Part shown: positions 17,598-27,248 of the stretch, one piece after another
Layout of the letters: every line of letters starts with the position of its first letter
Numbering within the stretch: the stretch's first letter is position 1
Virus record (IMG/VR): IMGVR_UViG_3300025728_000371
Span: 3,560 to 67,559 of that record
From: a virus
Strand: one strand, 5' to 3'
Length of the DNA stretch: 64,000 nucleotides
Translations under genes and position numbers: made by a program
Notes under the pieces: model-generated
The model's database searches: none
Seen by the model: the letters and a program-made list of their open reading frames with translations, nothing else
Told to the model about the DNA's origin: nothing

Positions 17598-18926
17598 ATG
17601 ATGTCCCTTGTACTTCAAATGCGTAGCGAACGCGCCAAGCTGAACGAGCAGGTGCAAGCGCTGGCGAAGATCGAAGCCGACGGCGGAACACTGAGTACCG
17701 AGCAGTTGACCCAGTTCGGCCAGTTGGAGGTCCAGATCACCGCGCTGACCGAGAAAATTCAACGCGCGGAATCTGCTGAACGACTCGCCGCCGCAACGGC
17801 GGTACCTGTCACCGAGAGTGCTGCCGGGATTACTGGTCCGCCCAAGACCCATATCGAGGGTCCGTATGCGGCCAAGCCAGTGCCCGGTGAGAAAATGGCG
17901 CAAATGGCTCGGCTGCTTGCCGCTGCCCAGGGTAACCAGCATCAGGCGGCACAACTGGCGAAGTCCGGCGGGTTCGGTGGAGACATCGAAATGGCCCTTT
18001 CTACTGTCACGCCCGGGGCTGGTGGTGTGCTGGTCCCCGAGAACTTCGCGGCAGATGTGATTGAGGCTCTGACGCCGGCGTCGATCATGCGAAGCATGGG
18101 AATCATGAGCCTGCCGCTGAACAACGGTAATTTGACCATGCCGCGTGTCACTGGTCGAACCGTCGTCACGTACATCGGTACCGAGACGGACATCCCGCTG
18201 ACCGGTATGTCCTTCGCTGATACCAAGCTGTCGGCGAAGAAAGCTGCTGCGTTGGTGCCGATCTCCAACGATCTGCTGCGCATGGCCGGTGTCAGCCCTC
18301 GCGTCGATCAGTTGGTAGCGAATGATTTGACCCTGAGCATGGGCCTGTCCGAGGACCTGCACTTCATCCGCTCGGACGGTGACAATGGCCTGGCTCCTAA
18401 AGGTCTGCGTTATTGGGCATTGCCCCAGAACCTGGTCCCGGCCCCAGCAGTGACGGATATCACGCTGGAAAAAATCGATCTGTACCTGGGCGGTTTGATG
18501 CTGCGCGTCGAGACTGCGAACGTTCAGATGAAGGCCTGTGGCTGGATGATGGCGCCCCGCACGATCCGGTGGCTGCAATCGTTGCGTGATGGCAACGGCA
18601 ACAAGGCTTATCCGGAAATCGAGCAAGGCCTGCTCAAGGGCTACAAGTACAGCCTCACCAACCAGATCCCGGTGAACCTGGGTGCCGGCGGAGATGAGTC
18701 GGAAATCTACTTCGTCAACTTTGCCGATCTCATGATCGGTGAAGACATGTCGCTGGTGATGGATATCAGCAAGGAGGCCTCTTACAAGGATGCCAACGGC
18801 GACATGGTTAGCGCGTTCCAGCGCGACCAGACCCTGGTGCGGGTGATCGCCAAGCACGACTTCGGGCCGCGCCACGTTGAGTGCGTTGTTGTTGGTACCC
18901 AGGTCAAGTGGGGCGTAGGCATGTAA
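17598..18926 (+). CDS. Major capsid protein (HK97 fold)
   Basis: Coiled-coil delta domain, GGVLVPE, ISNDLL. Confidence 0.92.
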   Translation: MMSLVLQMRSERAKLNEQVQALAKIEADGGTLSTEQLTQFGQLEVQITALTEKIQRAESAERLAAATAVPVTESAAGITGPPKTHIEGPYAAKPVPGEKMAQMARLLAAAQGNQHQAAQLAKSGGFGGDIEMALSTVTPGAGGVLVPENFAADVIEALTPASIMRSMGIMSLPLNNGNLTMPRVTGRTVVTYIGTETDIPLTGMSFADTKLSAKKAAALVPISNDLLRMAGVSPRVDQLVANDLTLSMGLSEDLHFIRSDGDNGLAPKGLRYWALPQNLVPAPAVTDITLEKIDLYLGGLMLRVETANVQMKACGWMMAPRTIRWLQSLRDGNGNKAYPEIEQGLLKGYKYSLTNQIPVNLGAGGDESEIYFVNFADLMIGEDMSLVMDISKEASYKDANGDMVSAFQRDQTLVRVIAKHDFGPRHVECVVVGTQVKWGVGM

Positions 18927-18969
18927 CCGCCGGCCCCGACGATCGGGGCTGGCAATAGAGGGGTTCATC

Positions 18970-19293
18970 ATGAGCGAAAAAGTAATCATCACGTTCCTCA
19001 AGTCGTGGCGTGGTTATGGTGTGGGTGAAACTGCTGGATTCGATCCTGCCGTTGCGAAGGACCTGGTCAGTGGCGGGGTTGCCGAAAAGTACAAGCCTGT
19101 CGAAGCCGACAAGTCCGGCGCACCTGTAAAGAAAGGGGGGCGAGCAGCTAATGCCGGTGCTGCTGGAAACAAGTCGTCGGCGGCACCAGAAAATCCGCCA
19201 CCACCTGAAGATCCGGGTTCCGGTGGCGGCGATGGTGCTGACAATGGCTCGTCTGCTGGCGGCCCGGGTGATGACGATGAGTCCAAACCCTAA
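18970..19293 (+). CDS. Head-associated hypothetical protein with low-complexity tail
   Basis: ORF between capsid and connector. Confidence 0.65.
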   Translation: MSEKVIITFLKSWRGYGVGETAGFDPAVAKDLVSGGVAEKYKPVEADKSGAPVKKGGRAANAGAAGNKSSAAPENPPPPEDPGSGGGDGADNGSSAGGPGDDDESKP

Positions 19294-19844
19294 TGGCCCG
19301 GCGAATCGAGTACCTCGGCGACGCGGTACTGAGCCTGGCGCAGGTGGCCTACCAAGTCCGGGCTGAGCCTGAAGACCTCCAACCTGAGCTGATCGACCAG
19401 ATCGTCATACCTGGTGTCACTGGTCAGTGCGAGTCACGAACCGGTGCTGCCATTCGGCAGGCCCTCTACGAAGAGGACTGGCCGGTCAGCTATGTGTCTG
19501 GGCACTCCCTTGACATGGGGCAGGCCACTGAGGTTGTGTCCGTGGGCGTCATCCAGCGCGACGGCTCAGTCACGCCGGTTGCAGGGCCGTTTGACCTGCG
19601 GCGTGGTCAGCGCGAAAGCCAATTGTTCTTTCCTGCCGGCCGGCCTGTTGGCGAGCTGCGTATCCGCTACAAGGCGGGTGTGGATCTCGATCAGTATCCC
19701 AGCGTGCGCAGTTGGCTGCTGATGGCTGCGGATACTGCATTCCAGCACCGTGGCCTGATGGTAGTCGGCCAGACCTTGGCGGAGCTGCCGTCATCCTTCC
19801 TTGATCATCTGCTGGCGGATATCACGGTACCGCCGAGGTTCTGA
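19293..19844 (+). CDS. Head-tail connector protein
   Basis: Position; C-terminal LP..F.DHLL pattern. Confidence 0.7.
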   Translation: MARRIEYLGDAVLSLAQVAYQVRAEPEDLQPELIDQIVIPGVTGQCESRTGAAIRQALYEEDWPVSYVSGHSLDMGQATEVVSVGVIQRDGSVTPVAGPFDLRRGQRESQLFFPAGRPVGELRIRYKAGVDLDQYPSVRSWLLMAADTAFQHRGLMVVGQTLAELPSSFLDHLLADITVPPRF

Positions 19845-19846
19845 TT

Positions 19847-20254
19847 ATGGCCCTGCGCGAACCCAGCTCTGGCGAGCTGAATCGACGGATTGGTGTGCGG
19901 CGGCGAACGGATTTGCCGAGCAGCGATATGGGTCTGTCGTCCGAGTTCTCGGATCTCAGACCGCGTTGGGCAAGGATCGAGCCGGTCGGTACCGCGGTGT
20001 ATGCGGAGGGCGTGCAGACGGAAGTCAAGCTGACCCACCGGATTATCTTCCGGCTCCTGAAAGGCATCACCGACTCGCATGAAGTGGTGCATATCCGGGG
20101 GCTTCCTGGGTCGCCAGGGCAGTACGAGGTGGTTCAAGGAAGCCCGGTCTACCGAGTCAAGCGTAGTGCTGACATGAACGGTACCGGGCGTTTCACCCTG
20201 CTTGAAGTTGAAGAGCTTGGTGGGGCGAATGCCAGCGGAGGTATCTATGGCTAA
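19847..20254 (+). CDS. Head closure protein
   Basis: GELNRRI, WARIEP, THRI..R. Confidence 0.8.
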   Translation: MALREPSSGELNRRIGVRRRTDLPSSDMGLSSEFSDLRPRWARIEPVGTAVYAEGVQTEVKLTHRIIFRLLKGITDSHEVVHIRGLPGSPGQYEVVQGSPVYRVKRSADMNGTGRFTLLEVEELGGANASGGIYG

Positions 20255-20771
20255 CTCAGTGGGTGTCGAGGGCTATTTTCACATTGAAGGTTTCGAGAAC
20301 TTCGAGCGGGAGGCCTTCGACAAGAAGAAGATCCGGGCAGGGATGCGCAAGGCGGGTAAGCTGGTCCGGCAGAAGGCCCAGATGAACGTAGCGCTGGCCC
20401 GGGGCCAGGGTGACTACCCTCACAACCAGACCGGCCGGCTCCTGCACTCGATCAACTTCAAGGTGTCCCGGTCTGGGTTCCTGGTGAAGATCGCGCCGAC
20501 GAAAGCCAGCGGGATGAAGGATTTCTACCCGGCATTTCTCTACTACGGCGTCCGGCAGGGAAGCCGGGTCAGGCCGTTGGCGCCGGGCCTCGGTCGCGGC
20601 AAGAGCAATCGGCGGGCGAGTGGCGCGCGTGCAGCTCTTACTGCTGCCCGAAAGAACAACGGGTGGCGCATCGCGCCGCGGGCCAACTACATGTCTGATG
20701 CTCTGGAGGATGCCCGCTCGGATGTTCAGTCGATACTGGCAGCGGCATTTGCCCAGGCCTTCGTCGGCTGA
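20247..20771 (+). CDS. Neck/tail completion protein (HK97 gp10-like)
   Basis: TGRL..SI, YPAFLYYG, IAPR.NYM..AL. Confidence 0.75.
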   Translation: MANSVGVEGYFHIEGFENFEREAFDKKKIRAGMRKAGKLVRQKAQMNVALARGQGDYPHNQTGRLLHSINFKVSRSGFLVKIAPTKASGMKDFYPAFLYYGVRQGSRVRPLAPGLGRGKSNRRASGARAALTAARKNNGWRIAPRANYMSDALEDARSDVQSILAAAFAQAFVG

Positions 20772-20789
20772 GTTGCCTTCAACCAACAC

Positions 20790-20813
20790 AACCTCGCTCC
20801 GGCGGGGTTTTTT
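20790..20813 (+). terminator. Hairpin-T tract at the head/tail module boundary
   Basis: aacctcgc-tccg-gcggggtt followed by T run. Confidence 0.6.
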
Positions 20814-20831
20814 ATTCTCTGGGGTTTGCCG

Positions 20832-21422
20832 ATGAGGATCAGTCTGATCGTGGCGCAGCTCCGCCAGTACTGCCCGGGGTTTGGCGGCCGGGTGGCGGGG
20901 GGCATCGACTTCGAGGCGGTTGCGAACAGCGCAAAGCTGGCGCACCCGAGCGGCTACGTCATTGCCACGGCTGACCGAGCCGGTGACAACGATGTGCAGA
21001 ACGGTGTTCGCCAGCCCGTGACAGACCAGTTCGAGGTGGTGCTTGTGGTTGATGCCAACGATGAGCGCGGTCAGGAGGCTTCGGACCTGACGCATGTTTT
21101 TCGTGCGGAGATCTGGCGGGCCTTGATCGGCTGGTCGCCAGAGCCGGAGTACAGGCCAATCGAGTATGAGGGCGGGGAGCTGATCTCGATCAACCGTAAT
21201 CGGGTGGTCTACCGATTTACCTTCTCCGCCGCGTTCCAGCTGGGGCGCAACGCCCCCGGCGACCCGCCGGAAACCTGGCATGAACTGGAGCTTGATGGCC
21301 TTCCCGGCTTCACGGGCGTCAGCTTCGATATGGATTGCATCGACCCCGCGGACCCCAACCTCAAACGCCCCGGGCCTGATGGCCGAATCGAGGCGAAATT
21401 CTCAGGAGACGTTATCCCATGA
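20832..21422 (+). CDS. Tail terminator-like protein
   Basis: Paralogue of 49125..49709; precedes sheath. Confidence 0.75.
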   Translation: MRISLIVAQLRQYCPGFGGRVAGGIDFEAVANSAKLAHPSGYVIATADRAGDNDVQNGVRQPVTDQFEVVLVVDANDERGQEASDLTHVFRAEIWRALIGWSPEPEYRPIEYEGGELISINRNRVVYRFTFSAAFQLGRNAPGDPPETWHELELDGLPGFTGVSFDMDCIDPADPNLKRPGPDGRIEAKFSGDVIP

Positions 21423-21619
21423 CTCGCATCACTGTGGTGCCGGCGCCTGATCGCGCCGTGCCCGACCCGGAGGCTGGCGATCTGCTGCCGGCGGTTGGCC
21501 GGGAAGTTACTGACAATGCCTGGTGGCGGCGCCGCCTGGCTGATGGTGATGTCAGCATCAAAGCTGACAAGACCCCCACGAAAGCCGCTAGGGCGGCGAA
21601 CCCCGAGGACGCGCAGTAA
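21419..21619 (+). CDS. DUF2635-like small tail protein
   Basis: VPDP...LLP..G.EV....WWRRRLADGD. Confidence 0.8.
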   Translation: MTRITVVPAPDRAVPDPEAGDLLPAVGREVTDNAWWRRRLADGDVSIKADKTPTKAARAANPEDAQ

Positions 21620-23115
21620 TGGCTATCGGATTCAGCAATATCCCGGCGGACCTGCGGGTACCGCTGTTCTACGCCGAAATGGACAACTCGGTGGCCAATA
21701 GCGCGTCGTCGACCTTGCGGCGGCTGATCGTCGCCCAGGTCAACGACAACGCCAGCAGTCCGGATATCGGTCACCTGGTACTGGTCCCCAGCTCTGGTCT
21801 GGCGCGCGATATCGGTGGGGCGGGTTCGATGCTCTCGGCGATGTACGACACTTGGCGCAAGGTCGACCCTATTGGTGAGGTTTGGTGCCTGCCGTTGGCG
21901 AGCGCGGCGGGTAGCGTGGCGACAGCGACAATCACGCTCACGGGCGCGGCTACGGAGGCTGGGCTGTTGAGCCTGTACGTAGCGGGTGTGCGGGTGCAGG
22001 CTACTGTCGTCTCGGCATCAACGGCGGATGCCGCGGCCACGGCGTTGGCGTTGCAGGTCAATGCCAGTCAGGACCTGCCCGTGACGGCGGTGGCAGTCGG
22101 CGGTGTCGTTACCCTGACGTGTAAGTGGAAGGGCGACAGCGGTAACGACATCAGCCTGCAGCTCAATCGCCTGGGTAAGGCAAACGGCGAGGCCACGCCG
22201 GCCGGGCTGACAGTCGTACTGACCAAGATGACTGGCGGTACAGGGACACCGGATCCAGTTGCGGCACTGGCGGCGCTGGGGGATGAGCCGTTCGAGTTCA
22301 TCTGTCAGCCATGGTCTGACACGACGTCCCTGAACGCTTGGCGGGCGGCGATGGACGATAACGTCGGGCGCTGGAGTTGGGCAAAACAGTTGTTTGGCCA
22401 CGTCTATACGGCCAAGCGCGGGACTGTCGGTACCCTGGTCGCGGCTGGCCAGGCGCGCAACGACCAGCATATGACCATCCAGGCCATGGAGGCCGGGGTG
22501 CCCCAGCCGTTCTGGGTGCAGGCGGCGGCGCTGGCGGCCCGGACAGCAGTGTTCATTTCCGCCGATGCCAGTCGACCCACCCAGAGCGGCAGCATGCCTG
22601 GCGTCGACCCTGCCTCGGCCAGCGAGCGTTTCACCCTGACCGAACGCCAGTCGCTGCTCAGTTACGGTATCGCCACGGCCTACTACGAGGGGGGCTATGT
22701 GCGGATCCAGCGGTCGATCACCACCTACCAGAAGAACGCCTACGGTCAGGCGGATAACTCCTACCTGGACAGCGAAACGATGCACCAGTCCGCGTTCATC
22801 ATTCGGCGGTTGCAAGGCGTGATCACCAGCAAGTACGGCCGCCATAAGCTGGCGAACGATGGCACCCAATTCGGTGCCGGCCAGCCGATCGTCACGCCGA
22901 GCACCATACGGGGCGAGCTGATCGCCCAGTACGCCAAGCTCGAACTGGAGGGCCACGTGGAAAACGCCGAGCTGTTCGCCGAACACCTGGTGGTGGAGCG
23001 CGACAGCAACGACCCGAGTCGGGTCAACGTGCTGTTCCCGCCGGACTACATCAACGGCCTGCGCGTGTTCGCGCTGCTCAACCAGTTCCGCCTGCAGTAC
23101 CAGACGGTCGAGTAA
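21619..23115 (+). CDS. Tail sheath protein (Mu/SfV type)
   Basis: RVPLFYAEMDNS, ADASRP.Q, SKYGRHKLA. Confidence 0.95.
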   Translation: MAIGFSNIPADLRVPLFYAEMDNSVANSASSTLRRLIVAQVNDNASSPDIGHLVLVPSSGLARDIGGAGSMLSAMYDTWRKVDPIGEVWCLPLASAAGSVATATITLTGAATEAGLLSLYVAGVRVQATVVSASTADAAATALALQVNASQDLPVTAVAVGGVVTLTCKWKGDSGNDISLQLNRLGKANGEATPAGLTVVLTKMTGGTGTPDPVAALAALGDEPFEFICQPWSDTTSLNAWRAAMDDNVGRWSWAKQLFGHVYTAKRGTVGTLVAAGQARNDQHMTIQAMEAGVPQPFWVQAAALAARTAVFISADASRPTQSGSMPGVDPASASERFTLTERQSLLSYGIATAYYEGGYVRIQRSITTYQKNAYGQADNSYLDSETMHQSAFIIRRLQGVITSKYGRHKLANDGTQFGAGQPIVTPSTIRGELIAQYAKLELEGHVENAELFAEHLVVERDSNDPSRVNVLFPPDYINGLRVFALLNQFRLQYQTVE

Positions 23116-23172
23116 AGCGGCCCGCTGAACCTTCACCCGCCTTGTGCGGTTTTTTTCATTCTGGAGAACATC

Positions 23173-23520
23173 ATGGGCCAATTAGTTGCAGGTACCGCCT
23201 ACGTGAAAGTAGACGGTGCGCAGTTGACCATTACCGGCGGCGCAGAAGCGCCGCTCATGAACGTCAAGCGCGAGACGGTCGCGCCGGGCTTCTACAAGGA
23301 GGAGGACCTGGCCCCGTACTTGAAACTTACGGCGGTCCACACGCCTGACCTCGATATCAAGAAGCTCGTCAATGGCCGCGACATGACGGTCACCTGCGAG
23401 TTCAAGAACGGCAAGGTCTATGTCCTGGCCGGCGCTTACTTGGTCGATGAGCCTACCTCGAAAGGGGACGACGGTACCATCGAACTGCAATTCGACGGAA
23501 TCAAGGGGAGCTGGCAATGA
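23173..23520 (+). CDS. Tail tube protein
   Basis: AGTAYVKVDGAQL; follows sheath. Confidence 0.9.
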   Translation: MGQLVAGTAYVKVDGAQLTITGGAEAPLMNVKRETVAPGFYKEEDLAPYLKLTAVHTPDLDIKKLVNGRDMTVTCEFKNGKVYVLAGAYLVDEPTSKGDDGTIELQFDGIKGSWQ

Positions 23521-23813
23521 CCGATCCGATCAAGTTGAACGTGCCGATTGAAGCTCACGGCGAGCAACTGGCCGAACTCACCCTGCGGCGACCCACCGTG
23601 CAGGAGGTCCGCACGATCAAGGCGCTGCCCTACAAGATCGACAAGAGCGAGGACGTCAGCCTCGACATGGATGTCGCTGCCAAGTACATCGCGGTCTGTG
23701 CGGGCATCCCGCCGTCTTCGGTCAACCAGTTGGACCTGTCGGACCTCAACACCCTCAGTTGGGCGGTGGCGGGTTTTTTCATGACGCCGGCATCGGGTCA
23801 ATCGACGACCTGA
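23517..23813 (+). CDS. Tail assembly chaperone
   Basis: PIEAHGE...ELTLRRP; GGGTTTTTTC slippery site at 23771-23780. Confidence 0.88.
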   Translation: MTDPIKLNVPIEAHGEQLAELTLRRPTVQEVRTIKALPYKIDKSEDVSLDMDVAAKYIAVCAGIPPSSVNQLDLSDLNTLSWAVAGFFMTPASGQSTT

Positions 23814-23941
23814 TCGCCCTGACATACGACCTGGCCTTCTTCTGGAAGGTCGACCCCGAGCAGATGGCGGCCAGGCCGTTGGACCGTATCGTCGAGGCGC
23901 TGGTGCACGCCCAGCGCATTAACCAGTTGCAGCAGGTGTAG
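23771..23941 (+). CDS. -1 frameshift extension of tail chaperone (GpE/E'-like)
   Basis: Open -1 frame after slippery site (YDLAFFWKVDP) ending just before the tape measure. Confidence 0.75.
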   Translation, partial: GFFHDAGIGSIDDLIALTYDLAFFWKVDPEQMAARPLDRIVEALVHAQRINQLQQV

Positions 23942-23943
23942 CG

Positions 23944-25992
23944 ATGGCAGACAGGTTTCAGCTCAAGGCGTTGATTACCGGCGTTGACCGGCTGTCGCCG
24001 ACGCTCACGGGCATTCGCAAGAACGTTGCTAGCTTTCGCAAGACGCTCAATAGCTCAGGGTTGGGCAATATCGGCTTCATGGACGTGCTGCAGGGCGGTG
24101 CGTTTGCGGCGCCGTTCGTGGCGGGGGCCAAGGCGGCGATTGATTATGAGTCGGCGATGGCTGATGTGAAGAAGGTGGTCAACTTCGACACGCCGGAGCA
24201 GTTCCAGCAGATGAGCAAGGATGTTCTGGACCTGTCCGAACAGTTGCCGATGGCGGCCAACGGTATTGCCGCGATCGTTGCGGCAGGCGGCCAGGCCAGC
24301 ATTCCGCGGGAGGAACTGAAGGCCTTCGCCACCGATGCCGTGAAAATGGGCATTGCCTTCGACCAGACCGCTGAACAGAGCGGTGAAATGATGGCGAAGT
24401 GGCGGACGTCGTTCAAGCTGACCCAGCCCGAGGTCGTGGCGCTGGCCGACAAGATCAACTACTTGAGCAACACGGGCCCGGCCACGGCCCAGCAGGTGTC
24501 GGACATCGTGACGCGTATCGGGCCGCTGGGCGCAATCGCCGGCTTGGCGTCCGGGCAGATTGCGGCCATGGGTGCAACGTTGGCCGGTGTTGGCGTCCCA
24601 AGTGAGGTCGCGGCAACGGGCATGAAGAACTTCATGCTGGCGCTGACGAAGGGCGGATCGGCCACGAAACAACAGGCACAGGCGTTCAAGTCGTTGCGAC
24701 TGAATGTGAAGGACGTCGCCAAGGGGATGCAGAAGGATGCCCAGGGAACGATCCAGAATGTGCTGGAGCGGATCTCGAAAGTTGCGCCGGAGAAACAGGC
24801 CGGCCTGCTGACGGAGCTGTTTGGTACCGAGTCGGTGGCGGCCATCGCGCCAATGCTGACAAACCTGGATCTGCTGAAGAAGAACTTCAAGGCTGTCGGG
24901 GATGTGGCGCAATACACCGGCTCGATGGAGCAGGAGTACGCCTCCCGGTCTGCGACCACGGCGAACGCCATTCAACTGCTCAGTAACAAGATGACGCGTA
25001 TGGGCATCGAGGTCGGCAATGTCCTGCTTCCGCCGTTGAATGACGTGCTGACGATTATCGGGCCATGGATAAGCCAGTTGACAGCGCTTGCCGCGGCACA
25101 TCCTGAGGTAATTCGTGGGATCCTCGGCGCCGGCATAGCTTTCGGTGTGCTTCGGTTGGCAGTGGTCGCTAGCACTGTCGCGATGAAGCTGTTCAGCACG
25201 GTGACTGCGATGTCGCCGATTGGCCTGCTCGTTCGCGCGATAGCGCTGGCCGCTGGTGTCCTGATCGCGAACTGGTCGCTTGTCGCCCCGTACTTCAAGG
25301 CGCTGTGGGAAAAGATCAAGGGCCCGGTCATGGTTGCATGGGAGGTGTTCAAGACCTTTGTGAGCTGGACGCCCATCGGCTTGATCATCGAGAACTGGGG
25401 GCCGTTGACCAAGTTCTTCGGCGCAGTCTGGGAGGCGATCAAGGCGCTGTCTGTTCCGTTCTTCGACTTCCTCAAAATGGTGTTCGACTGGTCCCCACTG
25501 GGTCTGATCATCAAACACTGGGAGCCGATCACGGCCTGGTTCAAGAATCTGTGGGAACGGATCAAGCCGATTATTGAGCCGATTATGAAATGGTTTGGTG
25601 GCGGTGACGGTGGCGATGGAATTGTCCAGAACGCGACGAACAAGGTGAATGCCTTCACTGAGGCGCAGCGACAGCGCAATGCTGGCGTAGGCGGCGGGAC
25701 TGGGGAGCTGCTGCGCGATAACGCGGTGCAGATCGCCCGCGGGCGGCAGGATGCCAACAACCTCGGTACCGGAGTCGACCCAGCGGCGCTGCTGCGGTCG
25801 CCGGGTCAGATGCCTGCGCCGGGCTCTCTGCTGATGCAGTCGGCGGCCAATAACCGCCAGAGCCTGCAGGGTGAGCTGCGCATCAACATTGCTAATGCGC
25901 CGGAAGGCACGACCGTTGACTCCGCGAAAACCAACCAGCCCGGCCTGAGTGTCAAACCCAGCGTCGGTCGCCGTAGCATAGGGGGTGGGTGA
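23944..25992 (+). CDS. Tape measure protein
   Basis: AIDYESAMADV.KV core domain and Trp-periodic C-terminal repeats. Confidence 0.92.
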   Translation: MADRFQLKALITGVDRLSPTLTGIRKNVASFRKTLNSSGLGNIGFMDVLQGGAFAAPFVAGAKAAIDYESAMADVKKVVNFDTPEQFQQMSKDVLDLSEQLPMAANGIAAIVAAGGQASIPREELKAFATDAVKMGIAFDQTAEQSGEMMAKWRTSFKLTQPEVVALADKINYLSNTGPATAQQVSDIVTRIGPLGAIAGLASGQIAAMGATLAGVGVPSEVAATGMKNFMLALTKGGSATKQQAQAFKSLRLNVKDVAKGMQKDAQGTIQNVLERISKVAPEKQAGLLTELFGTESVAAIAPMLTNLDLLKKNFKAVGDVAQYTGSMEQEYASRSATTANAIQLLSNKMTRMGIEVGNVLLPPLNDVLTIIGPWISQLTALAAAHPEVIRGILGAGIAFGVLRLAVVASTVAMKLFSTVTAMSPIGLLVRAIALAAGVLIANWSLVAPYFKALWEKIKGPVMVAWEVFKTFVSWTPIGLIIENWGPLTKFFGAVWEAIKALSVPFFDFLKMVFDWSPLGLIIKHWEPITAWFKNLWERIKPIIEPIMKWFGGGDGGDGIVQNATNKVNAFTEAQRQRNAGVGGGTGELLRDNAVQIARGRQDANNLGTGVDPAALLRSPGQMPAPGSLLMQSAANNRQSLQGELRINIANAPEGTTVDSAKTNQPGLSVKPSVGRRSIGGG

Positions 25993-27245
25993 TGGCGGAT
26001 AGAACTTGGCGTGATGATCTGCTGCCCGCGTCGTTCCGCGGCATCCCTTTCCTGGTCGAACAGGCCGGGGTGCCGGCCGGGCAGAAGGGGCAGCTCCACG
26101 AGTATCCCCAGCGGGATGAACCGTACTTCGAGCAGTTGGGCAAGCAGTCGCAAGTCCACAAGATGTCGGCATGGGTGATCGGTGACGATTGCTTCACGCG
26201 CCGGGACAAACTGCTGGAGGCACTGGAGGTCGAGGGTCCGGGGGAGCTGGTGCATCCATGGCTGGGGCGGATGCAGGTCAAGGTGGGCGAATGCAGTGTT
26301 TCGCACTCCAGACGAGAGGGTGGCGTTGCTCAGTTCGAGTTGACCTTCTATCCGGAGCTGCCGCGCAAGTACCCCACGGCCACGGCGAACACTCGAAAGC
26401 AGGTCTCCGAGGCCTCCGAAAGCCTGCTGGACTCGGCGCTGGCGCGTTACAAGGCAGCGATGGCAAAGGTCGATGCGGCTCGCCTGAGCGTCATCGGTTT
26501 GCGCAACAGCCTGTCGAACGTCTTCAACGTGATTCAGCAGCAGTTCGCGCCGCTGGTTGGGCTGTTCACGAATATCAGCGGCTTTGTGCAGTCGCTGATC
26601 AACTCGCCGGGGGCGCTCGGGGCGTTGTTCTCAAGCTATTTCAGCGACTTCAGTGGGCTGAGCTTTTCGAGCCCGGGGTCCACCTACCGCGGGACGGTTG
26701 CTACAGCGACGCAGCACACGGAGGCGGTGAGCAGCATCAACACGGTCAGCCAGGCCAGTGGCGTCGACACCGCTGCAGCCGCGCAGGCCGCCGCGAACCT
26801 GGTGCAAGACGCGCTGCTGGTGCAGGTCGGGCTGATCATCAGTGAATTGCCGGTGGCCGTTCAGCCGGGGGCGCTCGACTCGGTGCCGGCGGTTGATCAG
26901 CAGACCGTCGCGCCGGTGGAGCGGCCAGATGTTCCGGTCGCCGATGACGTCATTGAGCTGCGCGATAACCTGTCAGAAGCGATTTGGGAGGCGTCACTCA
27001 AGGCTGACCCGGAGCACTACCGGGCCCTGACCACGCTTCGTCAGGTGCTGGTGAAGCATCTCACAGCGGTAGCAGCGTCGGGGGTTCGGCTTGTCGACAT
27101 CACGCCGGCCGAGACTCTGCCGGCCCTGGTGCTGGCTTATCGACGTTTTGGTGACTCGACCCGGGAGGGCGAGGTGGTTCAGCGCAATCGGATCCGTCAC
27201 CCGGGCTTTGTCCCGCCGCTGCCGCTCAAGGTCGCCCAGGAGTAA
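25992..27245 (+). CDS. Mu gpN-like DNA circularization/tail protein
   Basis: WRD.LLPASFRG.PF, HEYPQRD, GELVHPWLG, NRIRHPGF. Confidence 0.9.
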   Translation: MADRTWRDDLLPASFRGIPFLVEQAGVPAGQKGQLHEYPQRDEPYFEQLGKQSQVHKMSAWVIGDDCFTRRDKLLEALEVEGPGELVHPWLGRMQVKVGECSVSHSRREGGVAQFELTFYPELPRKYPTATANTRKQVSEASESLLDSALARYKAAMAKVDAARLSVIGLRNSLSNVFNVIQQQFAPLVGLFTNISGFVQSLINSPGALGALFSSYFSDFSGLSFSSPGSTYRGTVATATQHTEAVSSINTVSQASGVDTAAAAQAAANLVQDALLVQVGLIISELPVAVQPGALDSVPAVDQQTVAPVERPDVPVADDVIELRDNLSEAIWEASLKADPEHYRALTTLRQVLVKHLTAVAASGVRLVDITPAETLPALVLAYRRFGDSTREGEVVQRNRIRHPGFVPPLPLKVAQE

Positions 27246-27248
27246 CCC

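Noticed and set aside
15080-26172. Long minus-strand ORFs (e.g. 15080..16615, 17556..19001, 24055..26172) and similar ones at 49711..51255 and 54553..56187
   Set aside because: Antisense shadows of GC-rich structural genes with no recognisable motifs
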